A stretch of DNA of 50,552 nucleotides from Shigella phage SH6. The stretch lies in the sequence record KX828710; one strand, 5' to 3'. The number at the start of each line of letters is the position of its first letter. Position 1 is the first letter of the stretch. The translations under genes and the position numbers were made by a program. This document shows positions 36,545 to 45,930 of this stretch, one piece after another. The notes under the pieces were generated by a model. That model had not been told where the DNA came from and did not search any database. It saw nothing but the letters and a program-made list of their open reading frames with translations.

Positions 36545-38563
36545 GTGACAATGAACATTAAAAAGCAGATTGCATTACTTGGCGAGGACTACATAAAGCG
36601 AACTCAGGAGCGATTTACTGTTGGTGAGGTTATTCCTTATCCGTACCAGGTTGTTGCTTATGCTGAGATCGCGAAACGCCTATCAAATTACGAGCATCCA
36701 TTCTTTGTTAAAGCGTCGGTGTCTGCGGGTAAGACCATCATTTTTGCTATGGTTGCAAAGCAGTGTCAGAAAATGGGCTTAAAAATGCTTGTGCTGGCCC
36801 GTCAGGGTGAGATTGTCGATCAGGATAGCGAAGAGATCGACAACTTCGGCGTTACTAACTCAATATTCTCAGCCTCATTAGGTATTAAGTCCTGCTATTT
36901 TCCGATCGTGGTAGGCTCCGAGGGTACGGTTGCAAATGGCCTCGACAATGAGCTTGCTGATTTCGTCCCGCATGTAATTGGGATCGACGAATGTCACCAG
37001 GTGGATTGGGAAGACCTTGCGCAAGCCATTGAGGGCAAGGAAACAATGGAACAAATGAGGGGCGAGAAGGGAAAAATCATCATGGATGGAGATATTCCCA
37101 TGATTGGTAATGATGGAAAACCTTTGTTTGGGACTAAGCGCAGTCAGTACACGATCGTAATCATGGAAATGATGCGGCGCTGTAAAAAGGTTCACGGTCA
37201 CGATCTCAGAATATTTGGTATGACTGGATCTGAATTTCGTGGCGTAGTTCCTATTCTGGTAGAGAATCCGAAAGCATTGGGATTCTGGCGTGAGCGAGTA
37301 ACTGATATCGACACAAACTATCTGATTGAGTTCGGTTCTGTTGTGCCGACAATATTCGGTTCAACAGACGGAGTTCATTACGATCTGGATAAGTTCAAGG
37401 CGTCGAGCGAGGACGGAGTGCAGGACTTTACAGAGAAAGACATGAAGGCTATGGAAGATGAGATCCTTCATGATAAATCTCTTACTCAGCGAATCATGCA
37501 AATGGTTGCCAAAAAGGCTGAAGAGCGTAACGCGGTACTGATTACATGTGCTGGTGTGCGCCACTGCAAAGAGGCAGCGGCAGCACTTCCTCCGGGAAGC
37601 ACCTATGCAATTATTACTGGCGACACAGACAACAAAACGCGCAAGAAGATTCTTGACGATGTAAGGGCCGGAAAAATTAAATACACCTTTCAGGTAATGG
37701 CGCTCACTACTGGCGTTAACGTTCCAAATTGGGATTTCAGTGTCATACTCCGCAAGATAGGGTCGCTCACGCTGTTGATTCAACTCTTGGGTAGGGGTAT
37801 GCGTCTGCTTAAATCCTGGCAGGTTGCTGAGGGAATGGTTAAGCAGGACCATCTGGTATGGGATTTCGCAGGTACGATGGATGAGTTGGGTCAGCTTTAT
37901 TTCGATCCGATACTTGAGCAGGCGCAATTCCAAAAGCGTTTCGAAAACGGCAAAGATCCGAAAACATGTCCGAAATGCGGTTGCGTAAATAGCTTCTATG
38001 CTCGACGATGCGTTAATGTCATTGATGGTGAGCGTTGCGATCATTTCTGGACTTCTCAGATTTGTGAGGACCAGGTTGACGAGCGCACCGGAAAAATCCT
38101 TGTTAAAGGATGCGGCGCAGAGAATGACGTTGTGGCCCGAGTCTGTCGTTGCTGTGATGTTTCGCTTGTCGATCCTAACCTGAAGTTATCCGGTAAGGCG
38201 TACACTAAGAATGACTGGTATGAAGTAAAGAATTTTGAGGTTACGCTAACCAAAAACCAGAAAGGCATAATATACAAATACACTCTTATTAACGATGATG
38301 GTGATGAGTTCAAGGCGTATGAAAAATTCTTCCCCGAGTCTGACTCTAAGATTTGCGGTACGCTATGGAAAACTAAAGGTGTATTGCCACACGTATCAGA
38401 TCCTAAAATGCGCCGATACTTTATCGGAATGAAGAGCGCCATCAAGATTTTGCAATACTCACATCATATTGCTCACCCGGTGCGCGTAACTCATCGTCGC
38501 AACCAGAAGAAAGAAGATATTATCTCACGAAAAGACTTTGGTATGGAGGATATCCCGGAATGA
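36545..38563 (+). CDS. ATP-dependent DNA helicase (DEAD/DEAH-box superfamily 2) with C-terminal zinc ribbons
   Basis: Walker A SAGKTIIF, DECH box, CPKCGC..C..C and CGAEN..CRCC clusters. Confidence 0.75.
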   Translation: MTMNIKKQIALLGEDYIKRTQERFTVGEVIPYPYQVVAYAEIAKRLSNYEHPFFVKASVSAGKTIIFAMVAKQCQKMGLKMLVLARQGEIVDQDSEEIDNFGVTNSIFSASLGIKSCYFPIVVGSEGTVANGLDNELADFVPHVIGIDECHQVDWEDLAQAIEGKETMEQMRGEKGKIIMDGDIPMIGNDGKPLFGTKRSQYTIVIMEMMRRCKKVHGHDLRIFGMTGSEFRGVVPILVENPKALGFWRERVTDIDTNYLIEFGSVVPTIFGSTDGVHYDLDKFKASSEDGVQDFTEKDMKAMEDEILHDKSLTQRIMQMVAKKAEERNAVLITCAGVRHCKEAAAALPPGSTYAIITGDTDNKTRKKILDDVRAGKIKYTFQVMALTTGVNVPNWDFSVILRKIGSLTLLIQLLGRGMRLLKSWQVAEGMVKQDHLVWDFAGTMDELGQLYFDPILEQAQFQKRFENGKDPKTCPKCGCVNSFYARRCVNVIDGERCDHFWTSQICEDQVDERTGKILVKGCGAENDVVARVCRCCDVSLVDPNLKLSGKAYTKNDWYEVKNFEVTLTKNQKGIIYKYTLINDDGDEFKAYEKFFPESDSKICGTLWKTKGVLPHVSDPKMRRYFIGMKSAIKILQYSHHIAHPVRVTHRRNQKKEDIISRKDFGMEDIPE

Positions 38564-38976
38564 TTACAGACAAAGGTGATTATTTAGAATTTTACGAGAG
38601 AGATCCGAGCGACACTCGAAAGGAGGACGCTCATCAGGTGGATTGTGTATCTTGGCTGAAATACAATTTTCCTCACCTTCTATTTTGGCACACCGTCAAT
38701 GAGGGTGAAAAAACAATCACATCGGCGCTCAGGGATGAGCAGTCCGGATTACTTAAAGGTGTGTCAGACTTCGTTATCCTGATTGGTATTAACTCACGCT
38801 ACCCGTTCGCAGCTATCGAACTCAAGCGGGTTAATAAGTCAGGCAAAGGAAAGGCGTCACCAGTCAGTGATAAGCAGAAGGAGTTTCTCCGAAAGGTCCG
38901 AGAACGTGGCGGCTTCCCTGCTGTCGCATACGGATTCGAACAGTTCAAAGTCGCAATTTACGAATTGATGAAATAG
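38560..38976 (+). CDS. VRR-NUC domain nuclease
   Basis: VSDFVILI..AAIELKR..S..Q pattern of VRR-NUC (PD-(D/E)xK). Confidence 0.65.
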   Translation: MITDKGDYLEFYERDPSDTRKEDAHQVDCVSWLKYNFPHLLFWHTVNEGEKTITSALRDEQSGLLKGVSDFVILIGINSRYPFAAIELKRVNKSGKGKASPVSDKQKEFLRKVRERGGFPAVAYGFEQFKVAIYELMK

Positions 38977-39016
38977 CACTTTTTGTTAAAACTGCCGGAA
39001 TGGAATCTGGCATTAT
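38974..39016 (+). promoter_or_regulatory. intergenic cassette upstream of dam
   Basis: TAGCACTTTTTGTTAAAAC; TGgCATTAT at +22; near-identical inverted copy at 48640..48711. Confidence 0.5.
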
Positions 39017-39043
39017 TACCTCACCGAAACGAGAGGACTAAAG

Positions 39044-39757
39044 ATGAAAGACTTTAATGATATTGAAACCATCGACTTTGCAGAGACTGGGTGCTCATTC
39101 ACTCGCGAAGCAATAGCATCAGGCGGTTATTATCAGGCGTTAAAAACGCCAACATGCAAAGAGATTTCAGGTCGTCGATATAAGGGTACAAACACACCTG
39201 ACGCAGTTCGTGATTTATGGTCAACTCCACGAGAGGTTATTGCATACCTTGAGGGTCGGTACGGAAAATACGATCTCGACGCTGCGGCAAGCGAAGAAAA
39301 TAAAGTTTGCGATAAGTTCTACTCCCAAGAAACAAACTGCTTAAAACGTTGGTGGGGTAAGAATAAGCACGTTTGGTTAAACCCTCCTTATAGCCGACCT
39401 GATATATTCGTCAAGAAGGCTATTGAGCAAATGGAGCACAACAACCAGATCGATATACTGTTACCAGCCGATAACTCTACGGCGTGGTTTACTGAGGCGC
39501 GGCAGAACGCAGCTGAAATCATCTGGATTGAAGCGGACTTGACTGAGGATGTTGACGGAAATGAATACGCACGATCCGGTCGTCTGGCCTTCATATCCGG
39601 TGAAACTGGAAAGGCCGTAGATGGCAATAACAAAGGTTCGGTAATTTTTATTATGCGCGAACTTAAAGAAGGTGAGGTGCAACAGACTCACTACATCCCA
39701 ATCACAAGCATTTGCCCTTCGGTGAAAAACAAACGAGCAAAGGTGAGAAAAGTATGA
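39044..39757 (+). CDS. dam: DNA N6-adenine methyltransferase (phage Dam type)
   Basis: DLDAAAS and WLNPPYS motifs. Confidence 0.8.
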   Translation: MKDFNDIETIDFAETGCSFTREAIASGGYYQALKTPTCKEISGRRYKGTNTPDAVRDLWSTPREVIAYLEGRYGKYDLDAAASEENKVCDKFYSQETNCLKRWWGKNKHVWLNPPYSRPDIFVKKAIEQMEHNNQIDILLPADNSTAWFTEARQNAAEIIWIEADLTEDVDGNEYARSGRLAFISGETGKAVDGNNKGSVIFIMRELKEGEVQQTHYIPITSICPSVKNKRAKVRKV

Positions 39758-40005
39758 TGAGCGAAAAAATTGTTCCTGTTAAATTAACTGAGCAAGGTTT
39801 ATGGCTTCTTTATCGCGCTACGTGCTGCGAGATTATGGAGCGAAACGGATTGACTCAGGATGTTATTGGTTGCGATCTGTGGGAGTTCACTAGCTCTCTT
39901 GATATGTCTTTCGAAGAGATAAAGAATGAATACATTGAGAATTGGCCCTCAATCATCCAAAAAGACGTAGAAGAACTTTCTTCTGAGATAATCACACAGC
40001 ACTAA
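39754..40005 (+). CDS. hypothetical protein (83 aa)
   Basis: ATG at residue 15 of track ORF 39712..40005; ATGA overlap with dam. Confidence 0.5.
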   Translation: MMSEKIVPVKLTEQGLWLLYRATCCEIMERNGLTQDVIGCDLWEFTSSLDMSFEEIKNEYIENWPSIIQKDVEELSSEIITQH

Positions 40006-40039
40006 TTGCTAAAACTACCCGGCGAAAGTCGGGTATAGT
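39996..40039 (+). promoter_or_regulatory. intergenic cassette upstream of 40072..40281
   Basis: AGCACTAATTGCTAAAAC; TATAGT at +22 in hairpin. Confidence 0.5.
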
Positions 40040-40071
40040 TATTTCATAGAAACAAAATGAGGAATCAGAAG

Positions 40072-40281
40072 ATGGCACGCATTAACGCAAACTTTTTCAA
40101 TATCGCTCAACAGTCCGCAAAAATGGCTGTTCATATCACTGACAAGAAAGGCGGCAACTTTGATTGGGATATTGCTATGAACTTCCTTAAAATGGCTTAT
40201 TACCTCTGCTCAGTCAAAGATGTTGAATGTTTTATTGAAAGCGTGGAGAAATTAACTAATGCTGATAAAAAAACAAGGTAA
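40072..40281 (+). CDS. hypothetical protein (69 aa)
   Basis: Internal ATG of track ORF 40057..40281 with GAGGAATCAGAAG RBS; cassette upstream. Confidence 0.5.
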   Translation: MARINANFFNIAQQSAKMAVHITDKKGGNFDWDIAMNFLKMAYYLCSVKDVECFIESVEKLTNADKKTR

Positions 40282-40531
40282 GCGCGAGGTTTGGGAGCAC
40301 GCAAAGGAATGCGGCATCTCAGACGATATAGCATTAATTGCTAAATACTTTGATATAAAGGATGTTAGCATTATCTCAAACGGCAAGATTTCATTTATGG
40401 AAGATATGCCGAGAAAAATGCACAGAGTTCCAGCAACTCCATCACTTGAGTTTTATCGTGAAGAAGGAAAGAGAATTGAACGAGAACGAAAGGCAACAAA
40501 AAACAGTAAGTCTTCCTGGCTTAAACATTAA
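40259..40531 (+). CDS. hypothetical protein (90 aa)
   Basis: ORF track; overlaps next frame. Confidence 0.45.
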   Translation: MLIKKQGKREVWEHAKECGISDDIALIAKYFDIKDVSIISNGKISFMEDMPRKMHRVPATPSLEFYREEGKRIERERKATKNSKSSWLKH

Positions 40532-40763
40532 CTCAGATAACTACCAGACCATATGGATCGGAAAGAAGCAGGTTAAGAAAATCCCTTTCTCTGATTGGTT
40601 GCCTCCTGACTTCGTTAACGTGCTTTGCACTATTGGGATCGAGCAAGAGTTGCATATAGGTTATTACTCACCAGGTAGAAACAGTATGATGCTTGAGGTT
40701 GATGGAAAACTGGTTGAGTTTAAATCTTCAGATCTAGGATTCTGGTTAAAGGCTGTGGCATGA
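40362..40763 (+). CDS. hypothetical reading frame (protein-like only from ~40540); possible continuation of 40259..40531 by +1 frameshift or sequencing indel
   Basis: Track ORF; no canonical start codon after 40531 in this frame. Confidence 0.3.
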   Translation: MLALSQTARFHLWKICREKCTEFQQLHHLSFIVKKERELNENERQQKTVSLPGLNINSDNYQTIWIGKKQVKKIPFSDWLPPDFVNVLCTIGIEQELHIGYYSPGRNSMMLEVDGKLVEFKSSDLGFWLKAVA

Positions 40764-40841
40764 TACTTTATTTTGCTGTAGTATTAACACCGCTAATTTC
40801 ATTTTCAGTAATGTATTTCATTATCATGTAAGGATTAAAAT

Positions 40842-41993
40842 ATGTCACAAGCTAAAATCACTACCGAGCAACTTATCGAAGAACGTATGAACGGACTTAC
40901 ACTTCGCGAGATCGCGGAAAAGTACGGTATGCACATTCGCACTGTCGAGGCGCGTCACGCAAAACTTGCAAAAGAAGGCCACTTCCACGGTAACGAGCAT
41001 GTTGCTAAAAACGTGCCGGAAGGCTTCATGGTAAAAGGCACTTCTACGATGATTCGCGGCGATGGGACTGAGGTAGTTCGCTGGGTTAAGACCGATCAGG
41101 ACCGTGAGAAGATTGCGGCAATGATGGAAGCTGCGCGTATTGCATTCTGTGAAGACCTGCCGCGAGCAAAGCCAACCGAGCTACTAACCTCGCAAGGGCT
41201 TACGACAGCGATGGGTAAGCTGGCACTCTATCCGGTATTCGATCTCCATATTGGCGCGCTTGCTCATAAGCATGAATGCGGTGAGAACTATTCCACCGAC
41301 GTAGCGGAAAAAGTGCTTAGCGACTTCTTTAATTACGCGATCGATATTGCGCCGAACGCAGAGAAGGCTGTTCTGTTAATCGGCGGCGACTTCCTTCACT
41401 CTGACGGCCTTGACGCTGTTACCCCGGCAAGTGGTCACGTTCTAGATCAGGATTCACGATATGCGAAATTGGTGCATGTAGCGATTCGTTCGGTGCGTCG
41501 CGCCATCGACAAAATGCTTATGAAACACAAAGAAGTCGAGGTCCAAGTTATCGAAGGGAACCACGATCAGTCTGGGATGATTTGGCTGCGAGCTGCAATG
41601 TCGGCATATTATGAAGACGAGCCGCGAGTATTCGTTGACGTTAGTCCTATGATTCTGCATAAGACTCGTTGGGGAAATACCTTGTTGGGATACACTCACG
41701 GGCACACTATGAAAAAGGCAGACACGCGACTTGCAGCAATGGCGGCAGATTTCCGATCAGACTTCGGCGAGAGCAAGTATGTGTATACTCATAGTGGTCA
41801 CTGGCATCACCAGACAATCACTGAGCACTCGCTTGGTATTGATGAAGTACACGGTCAGTTAGGCGCGAAAGACGCATACGCAGCACGCGGAGGGTGGCGC
41901 TCATATCGCCAGGCGGCTGTAATTGTTTACGATAAGCAGTTTGGGGAAATCGGTCGATTCATCTACCGTCCAGAAATGACAGGATCGCACTAA
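40842..41993 (+). CDS. calcineurin-like metallophosphoesterase (Mre11/SbcD-like motifs) with N-terminal HTH
   Basis: Motifs DLHIG, GGDFLH, GNHD, plus His-rich C-terminus; N-terminal LTLREIAEKYGMHIRTVEARHAKL HTH. Confidence 0.6.
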   Translation: MSQAKITTEQLIEERMNGLTLREIAEKYGMHIRTVEARHAKLAKEGHFHGNEHVAKNVPEGFMVKGTSTMIRGDGTEVVRWVKTDQDREKIAAMMEAARIAFCEDLPRAKPTELLTSQGLTTAMGKLALYPVFDLHIGALAHKHECGENYSTDVAEKVLSDFFNYAIDIAPNAEKAVLLIGGDFLHSDGLDAVTPASGHVLDQDSRYAKLVHVAIRSVRRAIDKMLMKHKEVEVQVIEGNHDQSGMIWLRAAMSAYYEDEPRVFVDVSPMILHKTRWGNTLLGYTHGHTMKKADTRLAAMAADFRSDFGESKYVYTHSGHWHHQTITEHSLGIDEVHGQLGAKDAYAARGGWRSYRQAAVIVYDKQFGEIGRFIYRPEMTGSH

Positions 41994-42027
41994 TTGATAA
42001 AAATGCCCGAAGGGATTCGGGTATAGT
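41985..42027 (+). promoter_or_regulatory. intergenic cassette (variant) upstream of 42057..42233
   Basis: GCACTAATTGATAAAAA variant; TATAGT at +22 in CCCGAA/TTCGGG hairpin. Confidence 0.45.
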
Positions 42028-42056
42028 AACCACATCGAAAACAAAGAGGCTATATC

Positions 42057-42233
42057 ATGAAGCTAGTTAAGTGCATCCGAAATGACTCCAAAACACTTCC
42101 ATTCCGTGTAAATCAGATCTATAGTGTTGGTTATGATTTCGGTGGGGGATTATTTGAGATTTACGACGGGAGAGGTTCAGCAATCCAGACTCCTCTGAAC
42201 GGTAGCTATCTGGAATTTATTGCGATAGATTAA
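42057..42233 (+). CDS. small protein (58 aa), member of KC..F.V..IY..DG domain family
   Basis: Own translation MKLVKCIRNDSKTLPFRVNQIYSVGYDFGGGLFEIYDGRGS...; cassette and AAGAGG RBS upstream. Confidence 0.45.
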   Translation: MKLVKCIRNDSKTLPFRVNQIYSVGYDFGGGLFEIYDGRGSAIQTPLNGSYLEFIAID

Positions 42234-42255
42234 CAATATCATTCATCACCTTACA

Positions 42256-42286
42256 GGCTGGCATGGTTTACATGCTGGCCTTTTTG
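42256..42286 (+). terminator. terminator-like hairpin before lysis cassette
   Basis: Imperfect GGCTGGCATG..CATGCTGGCC hairpin + TTTTT. Confidence 0.4.
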
Positions 42287-42351
42287 CGTTGTATCAAGTA
42301 AATTTGAAGGTTAAAATCGACTCACTTGTTCAAAAAATATATGGTGAGATT

Positions 42352-42567
42352 ATGAAAGAGTTTTTAACGGCTGCCACGTCAAGCACTGGCGGTGCTTCGT
42401 TGGTAGGGGCGGCGACAGGGCAACTTTATATTGCTGGCGCTACATTCATTTGCTTTCTGCTTTTTGGTGCCTGGGGAGCGTACTGGAAGTATCGTGATAG
42501 TAAGGCAATTCAGGAAGCGTTAAACGATGGCGATCTAAATAAGGCGCTTAAGATCAGGGGGAGATAA
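42352..42567 (+). CDS. holin
   Basis: 71 aa with hydrophobic TM segment and charged C-terminus; directly upstream of endolysin; ATG at residue 22 of track ORF. Confidence 0.65.
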   Translation: MKEFLTAATSSTGGASLVGAATGQLYIAGATFICFLLFGAWGAYWKYRDSKAIQEALNDGDLNKALKIRGR

Positions 42568-43055
42568 TGAGTTTAAAAAATAACGTTATAGGCGCATCGA
42601 TCGGGGCCGCTTTGACGTTGACACCTACCCTACTGGAACGAATCGAAGGTATAGAATACGAGGTTTATTACGATATCGCCGGAGTCCCTACCGTATGCAG
42701 CGGAATAACCGGGCCGGACGTAATACCCGGTAAGAAATACACTAAGCGAGAATGCGATGCATTGCTGATAAAACATATCGGCGTCGCTCAGCGATACGTC
42801 GACAAGAAGGTAAAGGTTGACATCCCGGTAACTATGCGAGCATCACTGTATAGCTTCACTTTCAACGTCGGGACTGGCGCGTTCGGATCTTCTACAATGC
42901 TTAAGCTAATAAATCAGAGTAAGCACAAGGAAGCGTGCAATCAGTTATGGCGATGGGTGTACTACTACAACCCAAAAACCAAAAAGCGCGAAGTGTCTAG
43001 AGGACTCAAGAACCGACGCGCTGAAGAATACGCGTATTGCGTTAAGGAATTATGA
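42567..43055 (+). CDS. endolysin (phage lysozyme, GH24-like)
   Basis: N-terminal [22 protein letters not shown] lysozyme signature; 162 aa. Confidence 0.8.
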   Translation: MSLKNNVIGASIGAALTLTPTLLERIEGIEYEVYYDIAGVPTVCSGITGPDVIPGKKYTKRECDALLIKHIGVAQRYVDKKVKVDIPVTMRASLYSFTFNVGTGAFGSSTMLKLINQSKHKEACNQLWRWVYYYNPKTKKREVSRGLKNRRAEEYAYCVKEL

Positions 43056-43456
43056 TGAAACTGGAGAAAACGTGCATTGCGATTGCAGTGGCTGTTGGTG
43101 TTATTTCCCTATCAGGTTGCTCGACGGCATCTGCCCTGAGCGGTTTAATCGGATCTAAACCTGAAGTTACAGCGCAAATCGGAGAGGAGAACACAAAGCA
43201 ATTAGCAGGAGTAACCGCAAAATCCGAAGATAAACGAGATGTTAAAGTTGAAAAGTCCAATGTAGGAAAGGTTGACTCTTCCGTGAAGAAGTCAATTGAA
43301 GTGTCAACCATTCAGGCCAACACGGTTAACGCTGAAAGCATCACAGTAACAAAACCGGAAAGCTGGTACGATACTATCGTTGGCTGGACTCTCGTTTTTA
43401 TTGGTCTATTGCTTGTTTGTTTTTCACTTCGTAAGTACGAAAAAAAGGAGGCGTAA
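43052..43456 (+). CDS. unimolecular spanin (T1 gp11-type)
   Basis: Lipoprotein signal with lipobox LSGC and C-terminal TM helix [13 protein letters not shown] in one polypeptide. Confidence 0.7.
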   Translation: MMKLEKTCIAIAVAVGVISLSGCSTASALSGLIGSKPEVTAQIGEENTKQLAGVTAKSEDKRDVKVEKSNVGKVDSSVKKSIEVSTIQANTVNAESITVTKPESWYDTIVGWTLVFIGLLLVCFSLRKYEKKEA

Positions 43457-43470
43457 GCCTCCTTTCTTTT
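43439..43470. terminator. bidirectional terminator between spanin (+) and leftward gene block (-)
   Basis: AGGAGGC GTAA GCCTCCT hairpin flanked by AAAAAA and TTTCTTTT. Confidence 0.65.
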
Positions 43471-43684
43471 ATGCATCAGCCCACATGTAACTTTCGTTCG
43501 TGAGTTTTGCGTATTCGCGAACTTCAATCTCGCAGGTGTCGCCGTACATCTCAGCGACCTTCTTCTCGTTCGCTACCGCCGTTTCTTCATTCCATCCATC
43601 AGCCTTGTTGTAAAGGGTAGGAATCTCACTGCTAGTGCCGTTAGAGTGGTTGTAAACGCGAACTACTAAAAATTTGTTAGCCAT
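43469..43684 (-). CDS. hypothetical protein (71 aa)
   Basis: Internal ATG of track ORF 43469..43810 with GAAGGAAAGC RBS and cassette upstream. Confidence 0.5.
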   Translation of the reverse strand: MANKFLVVRVYNHSNGTSSEIPTLYNKADGWNEETAVANEKKVAEMYGDTCEIEVREYAKLTNESYMWADA

Positions 43685-43721
43685 GATGCTTTCCTTCAGG
43701 TCGTTTCGTTTCGATGAAACA

Positions 43722-43765
43722 AATATACCCGATACGAGATCGGGTGTTTTAACAAAAAGTGCTAT
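43722..43765 (-). promoter_or_regulatory. intergenic cassette (minus orientation) upstream of 43469..43684
   Basis: Minus strand ATAGCACTTTTTGTTAAAAC; TATATT at +22; CATCGAAACGA leader. Confidence 0.5.
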
Positions 43766-43873
43766 TTGTATCTTTTGACATGGAGAAGCAACTCCCCCTC
43801 CTGGTCGCAAAGATTATGCTCACTGTCGCCGCTGGCCCTCATTGAAGTGAGCAGCAGGCTCAACAATCCTTGT

Positions 43874-44281
43874 TCAAATTCTTCTTTCGTAAGCTGGAGT
43901 CTTGCGCACAATTCGACGTTCCGATCTATCAACGTTTCTACGTTCGCCAAACAAGTCTTCATCACTCATTTCTCCAATGTGCATCATTTCCCACGTATAT
44001 CGATTGTTGTAGCCATCAATACACATCAGCTTCATCATTACCGGGCGCTTGATCTTTCCCTTGCACCAGTAAAACCCATCCCTGCAATCAAGATAACCCT
44101 CAGTTACACAGCGTGAGCAAAACTCCTTAGATAGCGCGCTTGTAAATTCACGGCGAGTCATTCCGGCGGCCTTAGCAAATCGCTCACTTTCCTTGTGGGC
44201 GTATATAAATTTCGCTATGTGCTGTCGCGTGTATTTGTCGTAACCTTCGCAGAACCTGAAAAGATCTAAAAGAAGAAGCAT
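43874..44281 (-). CDS. hypothetical Cys-rich protein (135 aa)
   Basis: ORF track; CSRCVTEGYLDCRDGFYWC cluster; coupled to upstream gene. Confidence 0.5.
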   Translation of the reverse strand: MLLLLDLFRFCEGYDKYTRQHIAKFIYAHKESERFAKAAGMTRREFTSALSKEFCSRCVTEGYLDCRDGFYWCKGKIKRPVMMKLMCIDGYNNRYTWEMMHIGEMSDEDLFGERRNVDRSERRIVRKTPAYERRI

Positions 44282-44285
44282 ATCA

Positions 44286-45857
44286 TTAACCCATCAGTCG
44301 AGGATTGATGAAAACAATATCATCAATACGGCAAGTGTAGTTCATCTCTTCGAGCGTGATCAGCAGGCTGTCGATTCGCTCAGATACTTTCTGCTGACCG
44401 TTGAACGGCGTAACGTTCCGGCACTTTGCAACAATACTATGAATAGGTGCGCGGCCTTTGTTCTTCTTCGCGATCTCAGTGATAACATCAATCAGCTTAC
44501 GAGATTCAGCCTCATCACCAGCATACCCGGCAGCGCTGGCAGACGACAGATAAGTCCTGGAAAGCTCATTGAAAATCATGATTGCTTCCTGCATTGTTTC
44601 AAGGTCAATCTCACGGTTGGAACGGTTCGGTGATTCACCCTCCCAATTCTTGATCGTGTGGAGAACTGAAGCAATACGCAAGGCATGCTTATCGAACTTG
44701 CCTAGATGACCGCGTAGCATTGAGTGAGAGTATTTTCCCCCGGCTGCGAAATCCGGCTCCATCGCCTGACGCGCAAGGTTTAATTCACGCATAGCATTGC
44801 GGCTTACAGAGAGAACAATGTTATCCTCCTTCATAATGTTGTGCACGAGTCGATAATATTTACTCACCAACCCTCGATCGACTTCCTTATACAGCGCATC
44901 ACCATTTTCATCGCAAAGAATACGAGTACCTAAAAGCGGTTCCTCGCGAACCAGGAGGAAACGCTCAGATACACCGATGCCGCGCTGGCCTGCGTCCATG
45001 ATACCCTTGATTGTTTCATCCTGCGCAATGACGCAGATCGAACCGACTGGGCAAAGAGATAAGTTGTTGTCCTGATTTGAACGCGCAACCTCCATATGGT
45101 TTTTATCCCACGCCTTGAGGATAAGCTCGCTGTTTGATTTCTTATCAGAGCCGCCATAAGTCAGGCCAAGCAATGTATTTATTGCCGTTGCCTCATCAGA
45201 GATTACTGAGAAATGACCTTGAACAGCGGCTACTTTCGCAAGACCTTCCGGTGTAGGATCTGATACCGCAAAAACAATATCAGCCATCTTCTTGATCTTC
45301 TCTTCAAGTTTTTCCTTGTCCTCGTAGAGCGCCGCCGTCGTGTTACCCTTCGGATCGTTTTTGATTTCCTTCTCGACCTGACGTAGCTGACTGGTTAAAC
45401 GGATGCGCTCCTTTTTTCGCTCTTCATTCAGCCGCTGAATCTCCGCACGCATAGGTGTAATCGCCGCTGAGTTAATCGCCGATTTACCTGTTGAAGGTGG
45501 CTGGCTAATCACCATATAAAGAGCGGTCGGCTGCTCTTCTCCGTGATATTGCACCCAAAACTTCCCGAGCATCGCGGCTGAGATGCACCCAATGAAATGA
45601 GCGTACGCAGACGAAACAGGGAACTGTACAGACTCAGCCTTTGCTTTTGCATATTCGAATACCAGGTTATCGCCACCTAACGAAATCAGCGGGAACTTAT
45701 CGTTTCCACTGTTGATATCGATCGGATCTTGCCAAAACGAAACTGAATCCCCATAGCTGTTTTCACGAATTGCGATCGCCACCGGATTAACTCCAGTGCT
45801 ATTTGCGATCTCAATAATCTGTTGGTAATTCAGTTTTGGCTTAATATTAAACATCAC
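44286..45857 (-). CDS. P-loop NTPase, putative replication-associated protein
   Basis: Walker A-like QPPSTGKSA; 523 aa; cassette upstream. Confidence 0.5.
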   Translation of the reverse strand: MMFNIKPKLNYQQIIEIANSTGVNPVAIAIRENSYGDSVSFWQDPIDINSGNDKFPLISLGGDNLVFEYAKAKAESVQFPVSSAYAHFIGCISAAMLGKFWVQYHGEEQPTALYMVISQPPSTGKSAINSAAITPMRAEIQRLNEERKKERIRLTSQLRQVEKEIKNDPKGNTTAALYEDKEKLEEKIKKMADIVFAVSDPTPEGLAKVAAVQGHFSVISDEATAINTLLGLTYGGSDKKSNSELILKAWDKNHMEVARSNQDNNLSLCPVGSICVIAQDETIKGIMDAGQRGIGVSERFLLVREEPLLGTRILCDENGDALYKEVDRGLVSKYYRLVHNIMKEDNIVLSVSRNAMRELNLARQAMEPDFAAGGKYSHSMLRGHLGKFDKHALRIASVLHTIKNWEGESPNRSNREIDLETMQEAIMIFNELSRTYLSSASAAGYAGDEAESRKLIDVITEIAKKNKGRAPIHSIVAKCRNVTPFNGQQKVSERIDSLLITLEEMNYTCRIDDIVFINPRLMG

Positions 45858-45884
45858 AATAAACTCCTTAGTTGACGGTGTGAA

Positions 45885-45927
45885 TGATACACCGCCAATG
45901 GTACACGCGTTTTACAAAAAGTGCTAT
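45885..45927 (-). promoter_or_regulatory. intergenic cassette (minus) upstream of 44286..45857
   Basis: Minus strand ATAGCACTTTTTGTAAAAC; TATCAT at +22; AAGGAG RBS. Confidence 0.5.
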
Positions 45928-45930
45928 TGG

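Noticed and set aside
43762-44116. Track ORFs 43762..43965 (-) and 43766..44116 (+) near the Cys-rich gene
   Set aside because: The plus-strand ORF is antisense to 43874..44281; the minus-strand ORF overlaps that gene by ~90 nt from a GTG start. A short real gene in the 43765..43873 gap cannot be excluded but no good start was found.
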